From an uncultured delta proteobacterium (GTDB lineage Bacteria > Myxococcota_A > Polyangia > Polyangiales > Polyangiaceae): DNA of 64,000 bases. The translations under genes and the position numbers were made by a program. The stretch is from contig CAWJCS010000005.1 of assembly GCA_963841435.1 (NCBI GenBank), positions 1,408,001 to 1,472,000 of the forward strand, read 5' to 3'. Below the pieces are notes generated by a model, which was given only the letters and a program-made list of their open reading frames with translations, ran no database searches and was not told the origin of the DNA. This document shows positions 11,115-20,945 of the stretch, piece by piece; the stretch's first letter is position 1, and every line of letters begins with the position of its first letter.

Positions 11115-12091
11115 GCGGCGCGCGACCACTCGCCAGCCTTTCGCTCGACCTCGACAACGTGTGGTCGTACATGAAGACCCACGGCGACGAAGGCTGGCAG
11201 GACTTTCCGACCTATCTCGACCCGCTCGCCAACGTGCTGCTCCCGCGCCTGGCGCGCCACGGCTTGCAAATCACGGTGTTCGTCGTCGGACAGGACGCCG
11301 CCTTGGCGAAGAACGAAGGCGCGCTGCGACGCATCGCGGAGGCGGGGCACTCGCTCGGCAATCACTCGTTTTCTCACGAGCCATGGTTTCACGTGTACGC
11401 GCCCGAGAAGGTGGAGCAGGAGATCCGCCTCGCGGAGGAACACATCGAGCGTGTCACGGGCAAGCGGCCGCGCGGCTATCGCGGCCCCGGCTTCTCGCTG
11501 ACACCGGAGACCCTGCGCGTGCTGCTCGGGCGGGGCTACCTCTTCGACGCCTCCACGTTCCCGACCTTTCTCGGGCCCGTCGCGCGCGCTTACTATTTCT
11601 TCAAGAGCAAGAACCTCAGCAAGGCGGACCAGGAGCAGAGAAACCAACTTTTCGGCTCGGCCAAGGAGGGGCTGCGCGGCATCCACCCCTACCTATGGCA
11701 GGTCGGCGGCAGCCCCGCGGGCGACCGTCTGCTGGAGATCCCGGTGACGACGATGCCGGTCATGCGGGTGCCGATTCACATGAGCTACCTGCTCTATCTC
11801 GGCATCCGCTCCAAGGCCCTCGCGCTCTCGTACTTGAAGACGGCGATCGGCTTGTGCAAGCTCCGTGGTGTGGGCCCCTCCTTCCTCCTGCACCCCCTGG
11901 ATTTCCTGGGCAAAGACCTGGAGGAGCGCGTCGGCTTCTTCCCGGGCATGAACCTCGACACCGAGGTGAAGCTCGAGCTATTCGACAGCGTGATTGCCGA
12001 GCTCGGACGAAACTTCGAGCTCGTCGATATGTACACGCACGCACGCGCGCTGCTGGCGGGCGGGGACCTGTCGATCAAGGACGCAGCGTGA
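11111..12091 (+). CDS. Polysaccharide deacetylase (NodB fold)
   Basis: SLDLDN, TVFVVG, GNHSFSH, GYRGPG, LLEIPVT, LLHPLD; GTGA overlap with the upstream gene. Confidence 0.85.
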   Translation: MSGARPLASLSLDLDNVWSYMKTHGDEGWQDFPTYLDPLANVLLPRLARHGLQITVFVVGQDAALAKNEGALRRIAEAGHSLGNHSFSHEPWFHVYAPEKVEQEIRLAEEHIERVTGKRPRGYRGPGFSLTPETLRVLLGRGYLFDASTFPTFLGPVARAYYFFKSKNLSKADQEQRNQLFGSAKEGLRGIHPYLWQVGGSPAGDRLLEIPVTTMPVMRVPIHMSYLLYLGIRSKALALSYLKTAIGLCKLRGVGPSFLLHPLDFLGKDLEERVGFFPGMNLDTEVKLELFDSVIAELGRNFELVDMYTHARALLAGGDLSIKDAA

Positions 12092-12140
12092 ACCGAGCGG
12101 TGGGCGACGCGCGCACCGGCGCGCTTCGCGGGAGCAGCAC

Positions 12141-13487
12141 ATGAAGGTCGCCATCGTCGGCGGCGGCGTGCTTGGTCTCACGCTGTCTCATCGGCTCGCG
12201 CGACAGGGACACCGGGTCGAGCTGTTCGAGGCCCAACCCGAGCTCGGGGGCTTGGCCGCCTCGCAACGCTTCGGTCCATTCGTCTGGGATCGCTTCTACC
12301 ACTGCATCCTGCCCCACGACTCGAACCTGCTCGGCGTGCTCGGCGAGCTCGGCCTCGGCGACGAGCTTCGCTGGGCGAAGACGGGCACGGGCTACTACGC
12401 CGGGGGCAAGTTCTATTCGATGAGCGGCAACGCGGACTACCTCAAATTTCCGCTGCTTTCGCTGCTCGACAAGGTGCGTCTCGGGGCCACCGTCCTTCAC
12501 GCCACGCGGACGGCGCGGCCGCATGATCTCTACCGCATCACCGCAGAGGCGTGGCTCACGCGCTGGTGCGGTAAGCGCGTCTACGAGACCTTCTGGCGAC
12601 CGCTCTTGAAGGCCAAGTTCGGCCCCTACCATGATCAAGTCGCCGCCGTGTTCATCTGGGCCACGCTCACGCGCCTCCAGGGCGCGCGGAAGGGCGCTAC
12701 CGCGCGCGAGCACCTCGGCTACGTCCATGGCGGCTACGCGCGCATCCTGGGCGCGTTCCAGAGCGCGCTCGAGAAGGCGGGCGCCATCTTGCACACGGGC
12801 GCGCCGGTGCGGTCCATCGAGTCGCTCGCGGAACGAAAGGGCGTACGCCTCGCCTGGGAGGGCGCCGACCCCGGCACCGCCGAGTTCGATCAAGTCTTCT
12901 TCACGGGGCCCACGCGGCTCGCGCGACGCGCCGTGGCAGCGGACCTCTTGCCCGTGGTCGAGGCGGCCGAACGCCGCTACCCGACGGCGGGCTCCTACCT
13001 CGGAGTCGTCTGCCTGACGCTGGTGCTCAAGCGCCCACTTACCCCCTACTACGTGCTCAACATCGCCGATCCCGCGGTCGAGCTGACGGGCCTCATCGAG
13101 ATGACGAACCTCGTGGATCGCGCGGCGGAGACGGAGGGGTTGAGCCTCGTGTACCTGCCACGTTACCTCGACAGCGGCGATCCTGCTTTCGGCAGCAGCG
13201 ACGAGGAGCTCGTCGAGAGTTTACTCGGGCGCGGCGTGCGGAGGCTGTTCCCGGACCTCGCGGACGACGACATCGTCGATCGGCAGATCCACCGCGCCCG
13301 CTTCGTGCAACCGCTGCCGCTCGTGCGGCACGGCGCCGTCGGCGCCGAGCCGCCCGAGCACACGCCGCCGTTCACGATCCTGAACACCTCGATGCTCGAA
13401 TGCGCGACGCTGAACAACAACGAGGTAGTGGGGCTCGTCGATCGAGCCGTCACGCGCTTCGCGCCCGTGCTCGGGCGCGCGAGCTAG
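12141..13487 (+). CDS. FAD-dependent oxidoreductase (amine oxidase/protoporphyrinogen oxidase-like)
   Basis: MKVAIVGGGVLGL, ELGGLA, DRFYHC, LGYVHGG. Confidence 0.8.
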   Translation: MKVAIVGGGVLGLTLSHRLARQGHRVELFEAQPELGGLAASQRFGPFVWDRFYHCILPHDSNLLGVLGELGLGDELRWAKTGTGYYAGGKFYSMSGNADYLKFPLLSLLDKVRLGATVLHATRTARPHDLYRITAEAWLTRWCGKRVYETFWRPLLKAKFGPYHDQVAAVFIWATLTRLQGARKGATAREHLGYVHGGYARILGAFQSALEKAGAILHTGAPVRSIESLAERKGVRLAWEGADPGTAEFDQVFFTGPTRLARRAVAADLLPVVEAAERRYPTAGSYLGVVCLTLVLKRPLTPYYVLNIADPAVELTGLIEMTNLVDRAAETEGLSLVYLPRYLDSGDPAFGSSDEELVESLLGRGVRRLFPDLADDDIVDRQIHRARFVQPLPLVRHGAVGAEPPEHTPPFTILNTSMLECATLNNNEVVGLVDRAVTRFAPVLGRAS

Positions 13488-13501
13488 GGCAGGGAGCGAC
13501 C

Positions 13502-14086
13502 TCACGCGCTCTCGGCGCGTGCTTTCATGTATTGCGTGAGGACGTGGATGAGACTCTGGTGGGCGTCCTCCACGATTCCGTAGTTCTCGACGGGGATCCA
13601 CACGACGTGGCGCGCGAGCTCGGCGAGCTTCCCACCCTTGAATCCGACGAAAGCGATGGTCGGCACACCCCGCTCGTTCGCGTAGCGGCACGCCTCGAGG
13701 ACATTGGGCGAGTTGCCGCTCGAGCTCACGAGGAGCACGGCGTCGTTCGGGCCGAGGTAGTACTTGAGCTGCTCGGAGAACACGCGCTCGTAGGCGATGT
13801 CGTTGGCGAGCGCCGTGATCATCGGGCCGTTCGCGGCGAGCGACACGGAGCGGACGGGCGGCTTGCCGTGAACGTGCGTCCCCTTGGACACGTCGCACAC
13901 GGTGTGGTCGGCGATCGCCGCGCTGCCGCCGTTTCCGGCCACCCAAAGGGTTCCGCCCGCGGCCGTCACGCCGTCGAGGACACCGAGCACTCCCGGGAGC
14001 GGCCCCTTGTCGAAATCGAGGAGCGCTGCGGCGAACCTCTCGTAGTACGCCTTGACGAATCCGGGGAAGTCACCAGGTGATGCCAT
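13502..14086 (-). CDS. gmhA: Phosphoheptose isomerase (SIS domain)
   Basis: GNGGSAA, TALANDIAYERVFSEQL, SSSGNSPNV, EDAH. Confidence 0.85.
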   Translation of the reverse strand: MASPGDFPGFVKAYYERFAAALLDFDKGPLPGVLGVLDGVTAAGGTLWVAGNGGSAAIADHTVCDVSKGTHVHGKPPVRSVSLAANGPMITALANDIAYERVFSEQLKYYLGPNDAVLLVSSSGNSPNVLEACRYANERGVPTIAFVGFKGGKLAELARHVVWIPVENYGIVEDAHQSLIHVLTQYMKARAESA

Positions 14087-14238
14087 GGGCTCGGTTCGCG
14101 GCCAGCCGGGGACGCGAACACGGAGCTTGTCTCGGGGAGGCGGCCCGTCAAGCAATCGGAGCGTCCGGCACGCAGGCGTCCTCGGCATGGCGCTCGCTAC
14201 GGCGTCTTGCCCGGGGCGCCCGGATGCGCTTAGGTCGC

Positions 14239-14266
14239 TTGCCGCGCCGAGGCGCGCGCTTATACT
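14239..14266 (+). promoter_or_regulatory. Candidate sigma70-type promoter for the GT4-heptose operon
   Basis: TTGCCG-16 nt-TATACT, 20 nt upstream of ATG 14286. Confidence 0.45.
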
Positions 14267-14285
14267 GCGCGGCCGCGCACGATCG

Positions 14286-15509
14286 ATGGCGATGATTCAC
14301 TACGTGACGACGAATGGGGTGGGCAACGCCTGGGTGGCGCAGGAGCTCCGCGGCCTCGAGCGCGACGGCATTCCGTTCGTGCTGCACTCGCTGCGTAGTC
14401 CCGGGGTGAGCTTCTTCGGCGCGGAGGACGTCGGCAAGATCGACCGCGAGACACGCCTGCTCTATCCGATGCCCGTGGTGGGCGGTCTGCTGTCGGGGCT
14501 CACCGCGCCTTTCCGCTATCGGTCGCGCTTCGTCGGCGCGTTGTGGAACGCCCTGACGAGCGAGCGTGAATCGGCGCGCGTGCGCGCCGCCGGGATCTGG
14601 CATTTGTTCGTGGCCTGCCACCTCGCCGATACGCTGCGGAAAGAGAGCGTGACGCAAATTCATTCGCAGTGGATCCACTCCGGCGGCACGGTCGCGATGT
14701 ACGGAGCCTGGCTGCTCGGTGTGCCGTTCAGCTTCACCGGCCACGCCGCGGACCTGTTCCGCGAACGCGCCGCCCTGCGTGACAAGATCCGACGCGCTGA
14801 CTTCATCGTGTGCATCTCGAGCTTTCACCGAGCTTTCTTTCTGGAAAACGGCGCGCGCCCCGAGCAGCTCGTCACCGTCCACTGCGGTATCGACACGTCG
14901 CTCTTTTCTCCGGGCACGCGGCAGCGAGCAGCGGGCGAACGTTTTCGCATCAGCTCGGCCGGCCGCCTCGTCGACAAGAAGGGCTTCGACGTGCTGATCC
15001 GCGCCTGCGCGCTCCTTCGCGAGCGCGGACGCGATTTCGAGTGCGTGATCGGGGGCAGCGGCCCGCTCGAGGCGGCGCTGCGGCGCCAGATTGCGGAGGC
15101 CAATCTGCAAGGTCACGTCACGCTGACGGGCGAGGCCTTGAAGCAGGAGGACATCCCCGAGTTCATGCACGCGGGTGACGTCTATTGCTTGCCCTGCGTG
15201 TGGGCCGCGGACAACGACGTCGACGGCCTGCCGCAGATGTTGATGGAAGCGATGGCGTGCGGCGTGCCCGCCATCTCCACGCGTCTGGTCGGCATTCCGG
15301 ACCTGGTCGAGGACGAAAAGACGGGACTGCTCGTCGAGCCGAACCAGGTCGAGCCGCTCGCCGACGCGCTCGAGCGCCTGATGGATGATCCCGTGCTTTC
15401 ACGGCGCCTGGCCGAGGCAGGTCGCCTCCAGGTGCTCGAGAAGTTCAACATCGAAACTTGCCTGACACCGCTCCTCGAGCGGTACCGGGCCCAGCTGGAG
15501 GCCCCGTGA
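14286..15509 (+). CDS. GT4 glycosyltransferase (WcaL-like)
   Basis: FSFTGHAAD, GRLVDKKG, DGLPQMLMEAMACG, GIPDLV. Confidence 0.9.
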   Translation: MAMIHYVTTNGVGNAWVAQELRGLERDGIPFVLHSLRSPGVSFFGAEDVGKIDRETRLLYPMPVVGGLLSGLTAPFRYRSRFVGALWNALTSERESARVRAAGIWHLFVACHLADTLRKESVTQIHSQWIHSGGTVAMYGAWLLGVPFSFTGHAADLFRERAALRDKIRRADFIVCISSFHRAFFLENGARPEQLVTVHCGIDTSLFSPGTRQRAAGERFRISSAGRLVDKKGFDVLIRACALLRERGRDFECVIGGSGPLEAALRRQIAEANLQGHVTLTGEALKQEDIPEFMHAGDVYCLPCVWAADNDVDGLPQMLMEAMACGVPAISTRLVGIPDLVEDEKTGLLVEPNQVEPLADALERLMDDPVLSRRLAEAGRLQVLEKFNIETCLTPLLERYRAQLEAP

Positions 15510-16492
15510 TCATCACCCAGACCCCGTACCGCGTCAGCTTCGCGGGCGGAGGGACCGACCTTCCCGCGTTCTACGAGCGCGAAGCAGGCGCTGTTCTGTC
15601 CGTGGCGGTCAACCACCACATGTACGTGACCGTCAGCCCTCGATTCGAGCGCACGACGCGCGTCGCCTACACGCGTGTCGAAATCAGCGAGACGCTCGAC
15701 GAGATCGAGCACACGCTGGTGCGTGAGGCGCTGCGCATGACCGAGCTCGGCCCCTACACCGAGATCACGACGGTCGGCGACGTGCCGGCCGGCACCGGCA
15801 TGGGCTCGAGCAGCAGCCTCACCGTCGGGCTATTGAACGCGCTCTACGCCTACAAGGGTCAGGTCACGAGCGCGCGCAAGCTCGCCGAGGAAGCCTGCCG
15901 GATCGAGATCGACATCCTGAAGAAGCCGATCGGGCGCCAGGATCAATACGCGGCTGCCTTCGGCGGCGTGAACTACATCCGCTTCAACTCGAACCACAGC
16001 GTCAACGTGGAGCCGGTACCTTGCCGCCCGGTGAACCTGCGCGGGCTCGAAGATCGGGTTTTACTGCTCTACACGGGCAAGCGCCGCGACGCCGACACCA
16101 TCCTCAAGGCGCAGAGCGAAGGCACGGCCTCGCGCTTTTCCACGCTCTCTCAGATGCGCGACCTCGCCGCCGCGATGCGCGACGCATTGACCGGGGAGGG
16201 GAACCTGGACGAATTCGCCCGGCTCCTGCACGAGGGCTGGGAGCTCAAGCGCTCGCTCGGCTTCGGCATCACGATGCAGGAGGTCGACGAGTGGTATCAG
16301 GCCGCGCGCCACGCCGGTGCGCAGGGCGGCAAACTGCTCGGCGCGGGCGGCGGCGGCTTCCTGCTCGTGATGGCTCCACCGGAATGCCACGAGCAGATCC
16401 GCGCGGCGCTCGGGCGACCGCGCGAGCTGCCCTTCGAAATCGATCGACGGGGGAGCCGAGTCATCTTCATCAGTGATCGCTACGCGTTTTAG
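15506..16492 (+). CDS. hddA: GHMP kinase, D-glycero-alpha-D-manno-heptose-7-phosphate kinase
   Basis: PYRVSFAGGGTD, PAGTGMGSSS, GRQDQYAAAFGG, KLLGAGGGGF. Confidence 0.85.
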   Translation: MIITQTPYRVSFAGGGTDLPAFYEREAGAVLSVAVNHHMYVTVSPRFERTTRVAYTRVEISETLDEIEHTLVREALRMTELGPYTEITTVGDVPAGTGMGSSSSLTVGLLNALYAYKGQVTSARKLAEEACRIEIDILKKPIGRQDQYAAAFGGVNYIRFNSNHSVNVEPVPCRPVNLRGLEDRVLLLYTGKRRDADTILKAQSEGTASRFSTLSQMRDLAAAMRDALTGEGNLDEFARLLHEGWELKRSLGFGITMQEVDEWYQAARHAGAQGGKLLGAGGGGFLLVMAPPECHEQIRAALGRPRELPFEIDRRGSRVIFISDRYAF

Positions 16493-16520
16493 CGCAGCGT
16501 CGGAGCAAGCGCTTACCTCC

Positions 16521-17642
16521 ATGAACGTTCTCATCACCGGGGGCGCGGGCTTCATCGGCTCCCACACGGCAGACGCACTCCTTTCCCAGGGCCACGCCGT
16601 ACGCGTGCTCGACAGCCTCGAAGAACCAGTTCACCCGGGTCGTCGCATCCCGGGCTACCTCGACCCGCGCATCGAATTCGTGAAGGGCGACGTCCGCGAC
16701 GAGACGACCTTGCTCGGTTGCCTGCGTGGCTCGGACGCCGTCTTTCATCTGGCCGCGTTCCAGGACTATCTCCCGACGTTCAGTCGCTTCTTCGACGTGA
16801 ACGTCACCTCGACGGCGCTCATCTACGAGCTCGCCGTGCGCGAACGACTGCCCCTGAAGAAGGTGATCGTCGCGAGCAGCCAGGCCACGCTGGGCGAAGG
16901 CCGCTACCTCGACGCGGCGGGGCGTGAGGTCCTGCCCGGCCTGCGCCCGGACGCTCAGCTCGCGCGCGGCATCTGGGAGATCCAGCCCGGCCCCGGCGAA
17001 AAGGGGCCCCTTGCGTACCAGCCCACCGACGAGAGCATCGCGAATCCGCAGAACACCTACGGCATGTCGAAGATTGCCGAGGAGCGCGTGGCGCTGAACC
17101 TGGGCAGACAGTACGGCATTCCGAGCGTGGCGATGCGCTACTCGATCGTCCAGGGCCCGCGGCAAAGCTTCTTCAATGCGTACAGCGGCGCCTGTCGCGT
17201 GTTCTGTCTGAGCTTTTATCTCGCCCGCGACCCCGTCATCTACGAGGATGGACGGCAGGTGCGTGACTTCGTCAACATCATGGACGTCGTCGACGCCAAC
17301 GTGCTCGTGCTCTCCGATTCGCGCGCCGACAACCAAATGTTCAACGTGGGCGGTGACCAGGCCATCACCGTTGCCGAGTTCGCGAAGGCGGCCGCCGAGG
17401 TCTTCGGGCGCGAAGGCTACGAGCCCAAGCCGAGCGGCCAGTATCGGTACGCCGACACGCGCCACATCGTCAGCGACGTGAGAAAGCTCAAGGCACTGGG
17501 CTGGCAGCCACGGCGCGGTATCCGCGACAGCCTGCTCGCGTACAAGGCGTGGCTGGAAAGCGAGGGCGCCGCCGCCGACATCCTGGACTACTCGAACCGG
17601 ATGATGAAAAGCTTGGGTGTGGTTCGTGACGTGACCGGATAG
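16521..17642 (+). CDS. NAD-dependent nucleotide-sugar epimerase/dehydratase
   Basis: ITGGAGFIG, YGMSK (YxxxK), EDGRQVRDF. Confidence 0.9.
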   Translation: MNVLITGGAGFIGSHTADALLSQGHAVRVLDSLEEPVHPGRRIPGYLDPRIEFVKGDVRDETTLLGCLRGSDAVFHLAAFQDYLPTFSRFFDVNVTSTALIYELAVRERLPLKKVIVASSQATLGEGRYLDAAGREVLPGLRPDAQLARGIWEIQPGPGEKGPLAYQPTDESIANPQNTYGMSKIAEERVALNLGRQYGIPSVAMRYSIVQGPRQSFFNAYSGACRVFCLSFYLARDPVIYEDGRQVRDFVNIMDVVDANVLVLSDSRADNQMFNVGGDQAITVAEFAKAAAEVFGREGYEPKPSGQYRYADTRHIVSDVRKLKALGWQPRRGIRDSLLAYKAWLESEGAAADILDYSNRMMKSLGVVRDVTG

Positions 17643-17648
17643 CGCGCG

Positions 17649-18374
17649 ATGACGGCTCGCTCGAAGGCGCTCCTGCTCGCCGGTGGGCTCGGTACCCGGT
17701 TGCGGCCCATCACGCTCACGCTGCCGAAGTGCCTAGTGCCCGTCGCGGGCCGCCCGATGGTCGACTATTGGTTCGATCGGCTCGAGCTCGCCGGCGTGAG
17801 GGATGTCCTCATCAACACCCACCACCACGCGCCGCTGGTGCGCGCTCATCTCGCCGAGGTGATGAAGACTCGCCCCCTCCGGCTCTCGGAAACCTACGAG
17901 CCGGAGCTGCTCGGTTCGGCAGGCACCGTGCACAACAACCGCGCCTTCGCCGACGACGCCGACGAGGTCCTGATCATCTATGCCGACAATCTATCGAACG
18001 TCGATCTGGCACGGGTGCTGGCCTTCCACCGCTCGCACGCCGATCCGATGACGATGATGCTGTTCCACACGCCCTACCCCGAGCAGTGCGGCATCGCCGC
18101 GCTCGACGCGAGCGGCCGCATCGTCGAGTTCGTCGAGAAACCCAAAGAACCGAAAAGCGACCTCGCGAACTCGGGGCTGTACGTCGTCAACGCCGATGCC
18201 TACCGCGAAATCGCCGACCGGAACGTCTTCGACTTCGGCTTCGACATCCTGCCGAGCTTCGTGGGGCGGATGAGCGGCTTCGTGTTCGAGGGCTACCATC
18301 GTGACATCGGCAATCTCGAAGCGCTCGAGCAAGCGAACCGCGACGCGGTGCGCATTTTCGGGAGCACGATGTGA
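17649..18374 (+). CDS. Sugar-1-phosphate nucleotidyltransferase (HddC-like guanylyltransferase)
   Basis: LAGGLGTRLRP...PK, LLGSAG, FVEKP, DIG; adjacent to hddA and gmhB. Confidence 0.8.
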   Translation: MTARSKALLLAGGLGTRLRPITLTLPKCLVPVAGRPMVDYWFDRLELAGVRDVLINTHHHAPLVRAHLAEVMKTRPLRLSETYEPELLGSAGTVHNNRAFADDADEVLIIYADNLSNVDLARVLAFHRSHADPMTMMLFHTPYPEQCGIAALDASGRIVEFVEKPKEPKSDLANSGLYVVNADAYREIADRNVFDFGFDILPSFVGRMSGFVFEGYHRDIGNLEALEQANRDAVRIFGSTM

Positions 18375-18955
18375 AGCGGGCGGTGTTTTTGGATCGCGAC
18401 GGCACGCTGATCGAGCTCGTTCACCACCTGGCCGATCCGAAGGCCGTGCGCCTCTTGCCCGGGGCCGGGGCCGCGGTCCGGGCATTGCGCGAGCAGGGCT
18501 ACGCCTGCGTGCTGGTCACGAACCAGTCGGCGATTGGGCGCGGGCTCTTGAGCGTCGAGGGGCTCGGCGAGGTCCACGCCGAGCTCATGCGGCAGCTCGC
18601 GTTCGAAGGCACGACGCTCGACGGCTTCTATTTCTGCCCTCTGGTGCCGAAACAGAGGGACCCGACCGTCATCGAGCATCCCGACCGGAAGCCGGGTCCT
18701 GGGATGCTGCTCCGAGCGGCGAAAGAACTCAGTCTCAACGTCGCCGAGTCCTGGATGGTAGGGGATACGATGAGCGACCTCATGGCAGGTCGCAATGCCG
18801 GCTGTCACAGCACGATCCTGGTACGCACTGGCTACGGCCGCGACCTCGCGGAGCCCGGGCCCGCGGCGGACCACGTCGTCGAGGACGTTCGCGAGGCAGG
18901 TCGGTTGATCCTGAATCACGTGGGGAACGAGCGAGAGGAAGCGAGGAAAACATGA
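18371..18955 (+). CDS. gmhB: D,D-heptose 1,7-bisphosphate phosphatase (HAD IIIA)
   Basis: FLDRDGTL, VTNQS, RKPGPGML, MVGD...D. Confidence 0.88.
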   Translation: MKRAVFLDRDGTLIELVHHLADPKAVRLLPGAGAAVRALREQGYACVLVTNQSAIGRGLLSVEGLGEVHAELMRQLAFEGTTLDGFYFCPLVPKQRDPTVIEHPDRKPGPGMLLRAAKELSLNVAESWMVGDTMSDLMAGRNAGCHSTILVRTGYGRDLAEPGPAADHVVEDVREAGRLILNHVGNEREEARKT

Positions 18956-19938
18956 GGATCCTGGTGACTGGCGGGGCCGGCTACGTGGGCGGTGCGTGCC
19001 TCAGGTACATCGGGCGGCAAGGTCACGAGGTGCTCGCCTACGACAATCTCTGTGAAGGCCACCCGACGGCGGTCGCCAACCACGAGCTCGTCGTGGGCGA
19101 CATCGCCGACACGCCGAAGCTGACCGCCGTGTTGCGCGAGTTCCGTGCCGACGCGGTGATGCACTTCGCGGCCGCCACCTGCGTCGGCGAGTCGGTGGAG
19201 GACCCGGAGTATCACTATCGCAACAACATCGGCGGCACGCTCAGCCTGCTCAATGCGATGCGCGAGGCCGGTGTGAAGCGCATGCTATTTTCCAGCACCT
19301 GCGCGACGTACGGCATGTCGCAGAAGGTGCCGATGGGGGAAGACACGCCGCTCGATCCGTTCAGCCCCTACGCTCGGACCAAGCTCGCCGTAGAGTGGAT
19401 GATCCGCGACTTTTCGCACGCCTATGGGCTCGGCTTCACGCTGCTCCGCTACTTCAACGCGGCGGGCGCCGAGCCCGACGGCAGCTACGGCGAATGCCAC
19501 ACGCCCGAGACCCACCTCATCCCGCTCGTGCTCGCGGTGGCGCTCGGGCAGCGCCAAAGTCTCAAGGTGTTCGGGACCGACTACCCGACGCCCGACGGCA
19601 CGTGCCTCAGAGACTACATCCACGTTCACGATCTGGCGTCCGCGCACCTGCTTGCCATCGAGAAGACGGCGCTCGACACCAGGCAGGTGTTCAACGTCGG
19701 TACGGGCAACGGCAACTCCGTGCTCGAGATCGTGGCCGCTTGCGAGCGCGTCACCAAGAAGGCCGTCCCGCTCGAACACGTCGCTCGCCGACCGGGTGAT
19801 CCGCCGGCGCTCGTTGCCGATCCATCGAAGCTGATGCGGGAGCTCGGCTGGAAACCGACTTACACCTCGATCGAGAAGATCGTGGAGACGGCCTGGAGCT
19901 TCCACCAGCGCCACCCGAACGGCTACGCGGAGCGCTGA
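18952..19938 (+). CDS. galE: UDP-glucose 4-epimerase
   Basis: VTGGAGYVG, HFAA..VGESV, LRYFNAAGA, ETHLIP, DYPTPDGTCLRDYIHV. Confidence 0.92.
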   Translation: MRILVTGGAGYVGGACLRYIGRQGHEVLAYDNLCEGHPTAVANHELVVGDIADTPKLTAVLREFRADAVMHFAAATCVGESVEDPEYHYRNNIGGTLSLLNAMREAGVKRMLFSSTCATYGMSQKVPMGEDTPLDPFSPYARTKLAVEWMIRDFSHAYGLGFTLLRYFNAAGAEPDGSYGECHTPETHLIPLVLAVALGQRQSLKVFGTDYPTPDGTCLRDYIHVHDLASAHLLAIEKTALDTRQVFNVGTGNGNSVLEIVAACERVTKKAVPLEHVARRPGDPPALVADPSKLMRELGWKPTYTSIEKIVETAWSFHQRHPNGYAER

Positions 19939-19939
19939 T

Positions 19940-20764
19940 TCAGCCGCCGCCGTTCGAGCTGCGCCCGCGCCACTCGCGCAAGACGAGCCGAGGGAAGTGC
20001 AGCGCGTCGGCGGCGTAACGCGGTCCGAGACGCTTGGGCTCGGTGAGCACGCGGTGCACCCACTCGACGCCGGCGCGGCGCATCCAGAGCGGAGCGCGCG
20101 CCTTGTTGCCCGCGAGAAAATCGATGGTCGCTCCAGCACACAGAACCACGGGCACGCCGAGAACCTCGCGGAAGCGATGCACCCACAGCTCCTGCTTGGG
20201 CGCCCCCAAACCGACGACCAAAAGGTCTGGTGCGGCCTCGGCGATCTGCCCGAGGATGCGGTCATTGAGGGCGGTGTCGCGCTCGAACCCGAGCGGAGGG
20301 CTCAGCGTCCCGACCACGCGCACGCCGGGGAAACGCTCTTCCGCGACTCTGGCGGCCTGCTCGGCGACGCCGGGGGCGGCGCCCAGGAGGAAGACGCTGA
20401 GACCTTCGGCGAGCCGCTGGGCCGAGCCGAGCAGCGCCGGAATGAGGTCGCTGCCGGCGACGCGCGCAGGCACGCCGACACCGAGCAGCCACGACGACCA
20501 CACGAGCGGCGCGCCGTCGACGAGCACCATCGAGGCATGCTCGTAGGCGGAGCGAAACTCGGAGCTACGCTGAAAGAGCAGCGCGTGCTGGACGTTCGGC
20601 GTGACGACATAGTGCAGCGTGCCGTCGGGCGTCTTGATCCAGCGCAGAATGCGGTCGACGGCCTCGTGCTCGCGGACCGCGTCCACCTCCATCCCGAATA
20701 GGCGAACGCGTTGCATCAGTGGCCAGTCGGCAGCAAAGGGGGGCGGCAGGTAGGGCTGGGACAT
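19940..20764 (-). CDS. WecG/TagA/CpsF family glycosyltransferase
   Basis: VVTPN, DG, RVAGSDL, VGLGAPKQE, RAP.WM...G.EW.HR...EPKRL..RY. Confidence 0.92.
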   Translation of the reverse strand: MSQPYLPPPFAADWPLMQRVRLFGMEVDAVREHEAVDRILRWIKTPDGTLHYVVTPNVQHALLFQRSSEFRSAYEHASMVLVDGAPLVWSSWLLGVGVPARVAGSDLIPALLGSAQRLAEGLSVFLLGAAPGVAEQAARVAEERFPGVRVVGTLSPPLGFERDTALNDRILGQIAEAAPDLLVVGLGAPKQELWVHRFREVLGVPVVLCAGATIDFLAGNKARAPLWMRRAGVEWVHRVLTEPKRLGPRYAADALHFPRLVLREWRGRSSNGGG

Positions 20765-20787
20765 GTTTCTCCCAAGGTAAGCTTGTC

Positions 20788-20816
20788 ACTTAACCGTCCC
20801 GAAAGGCCTCTGTCAA
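20788..20816 (-). promoter_or_regulatory. Candidate sigma70-type promoter for the TagA-family gene
   Basis: Minus strand TTGACA-17 nt-TTAAGT; perfect -35 but weak -10. Confidence 0.4.
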
Positions 20817-20945
20817 ACGGATGCGACATGCAACGCGCGGCCCCACGCTCACGCGACCCCGTACGCCAAATGATCCTGACCGAGTCTATCAAGACGGTCG
20901 GGTCCAGCGACTTTTGCAAGCAACCTTTGGATTGTAGAACGATTG

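Noticed and set aside
14183-14198. CGGCATGGCGCTCGCT, a GG-N10-GC match upstream of the GT4 gene
   Set aside because: Weak match that is likely by chance at this GC content; a sigma70-like promoter nearer the gene fits better
20765-20945. AT-richer intergenic region with an imperfect hairpin, considered as a c-di-GMP riboswitch
   Set aside because: No GEMM consensus recognised on the coding (minus) strand; an Infernal/Rfam scan would be needed
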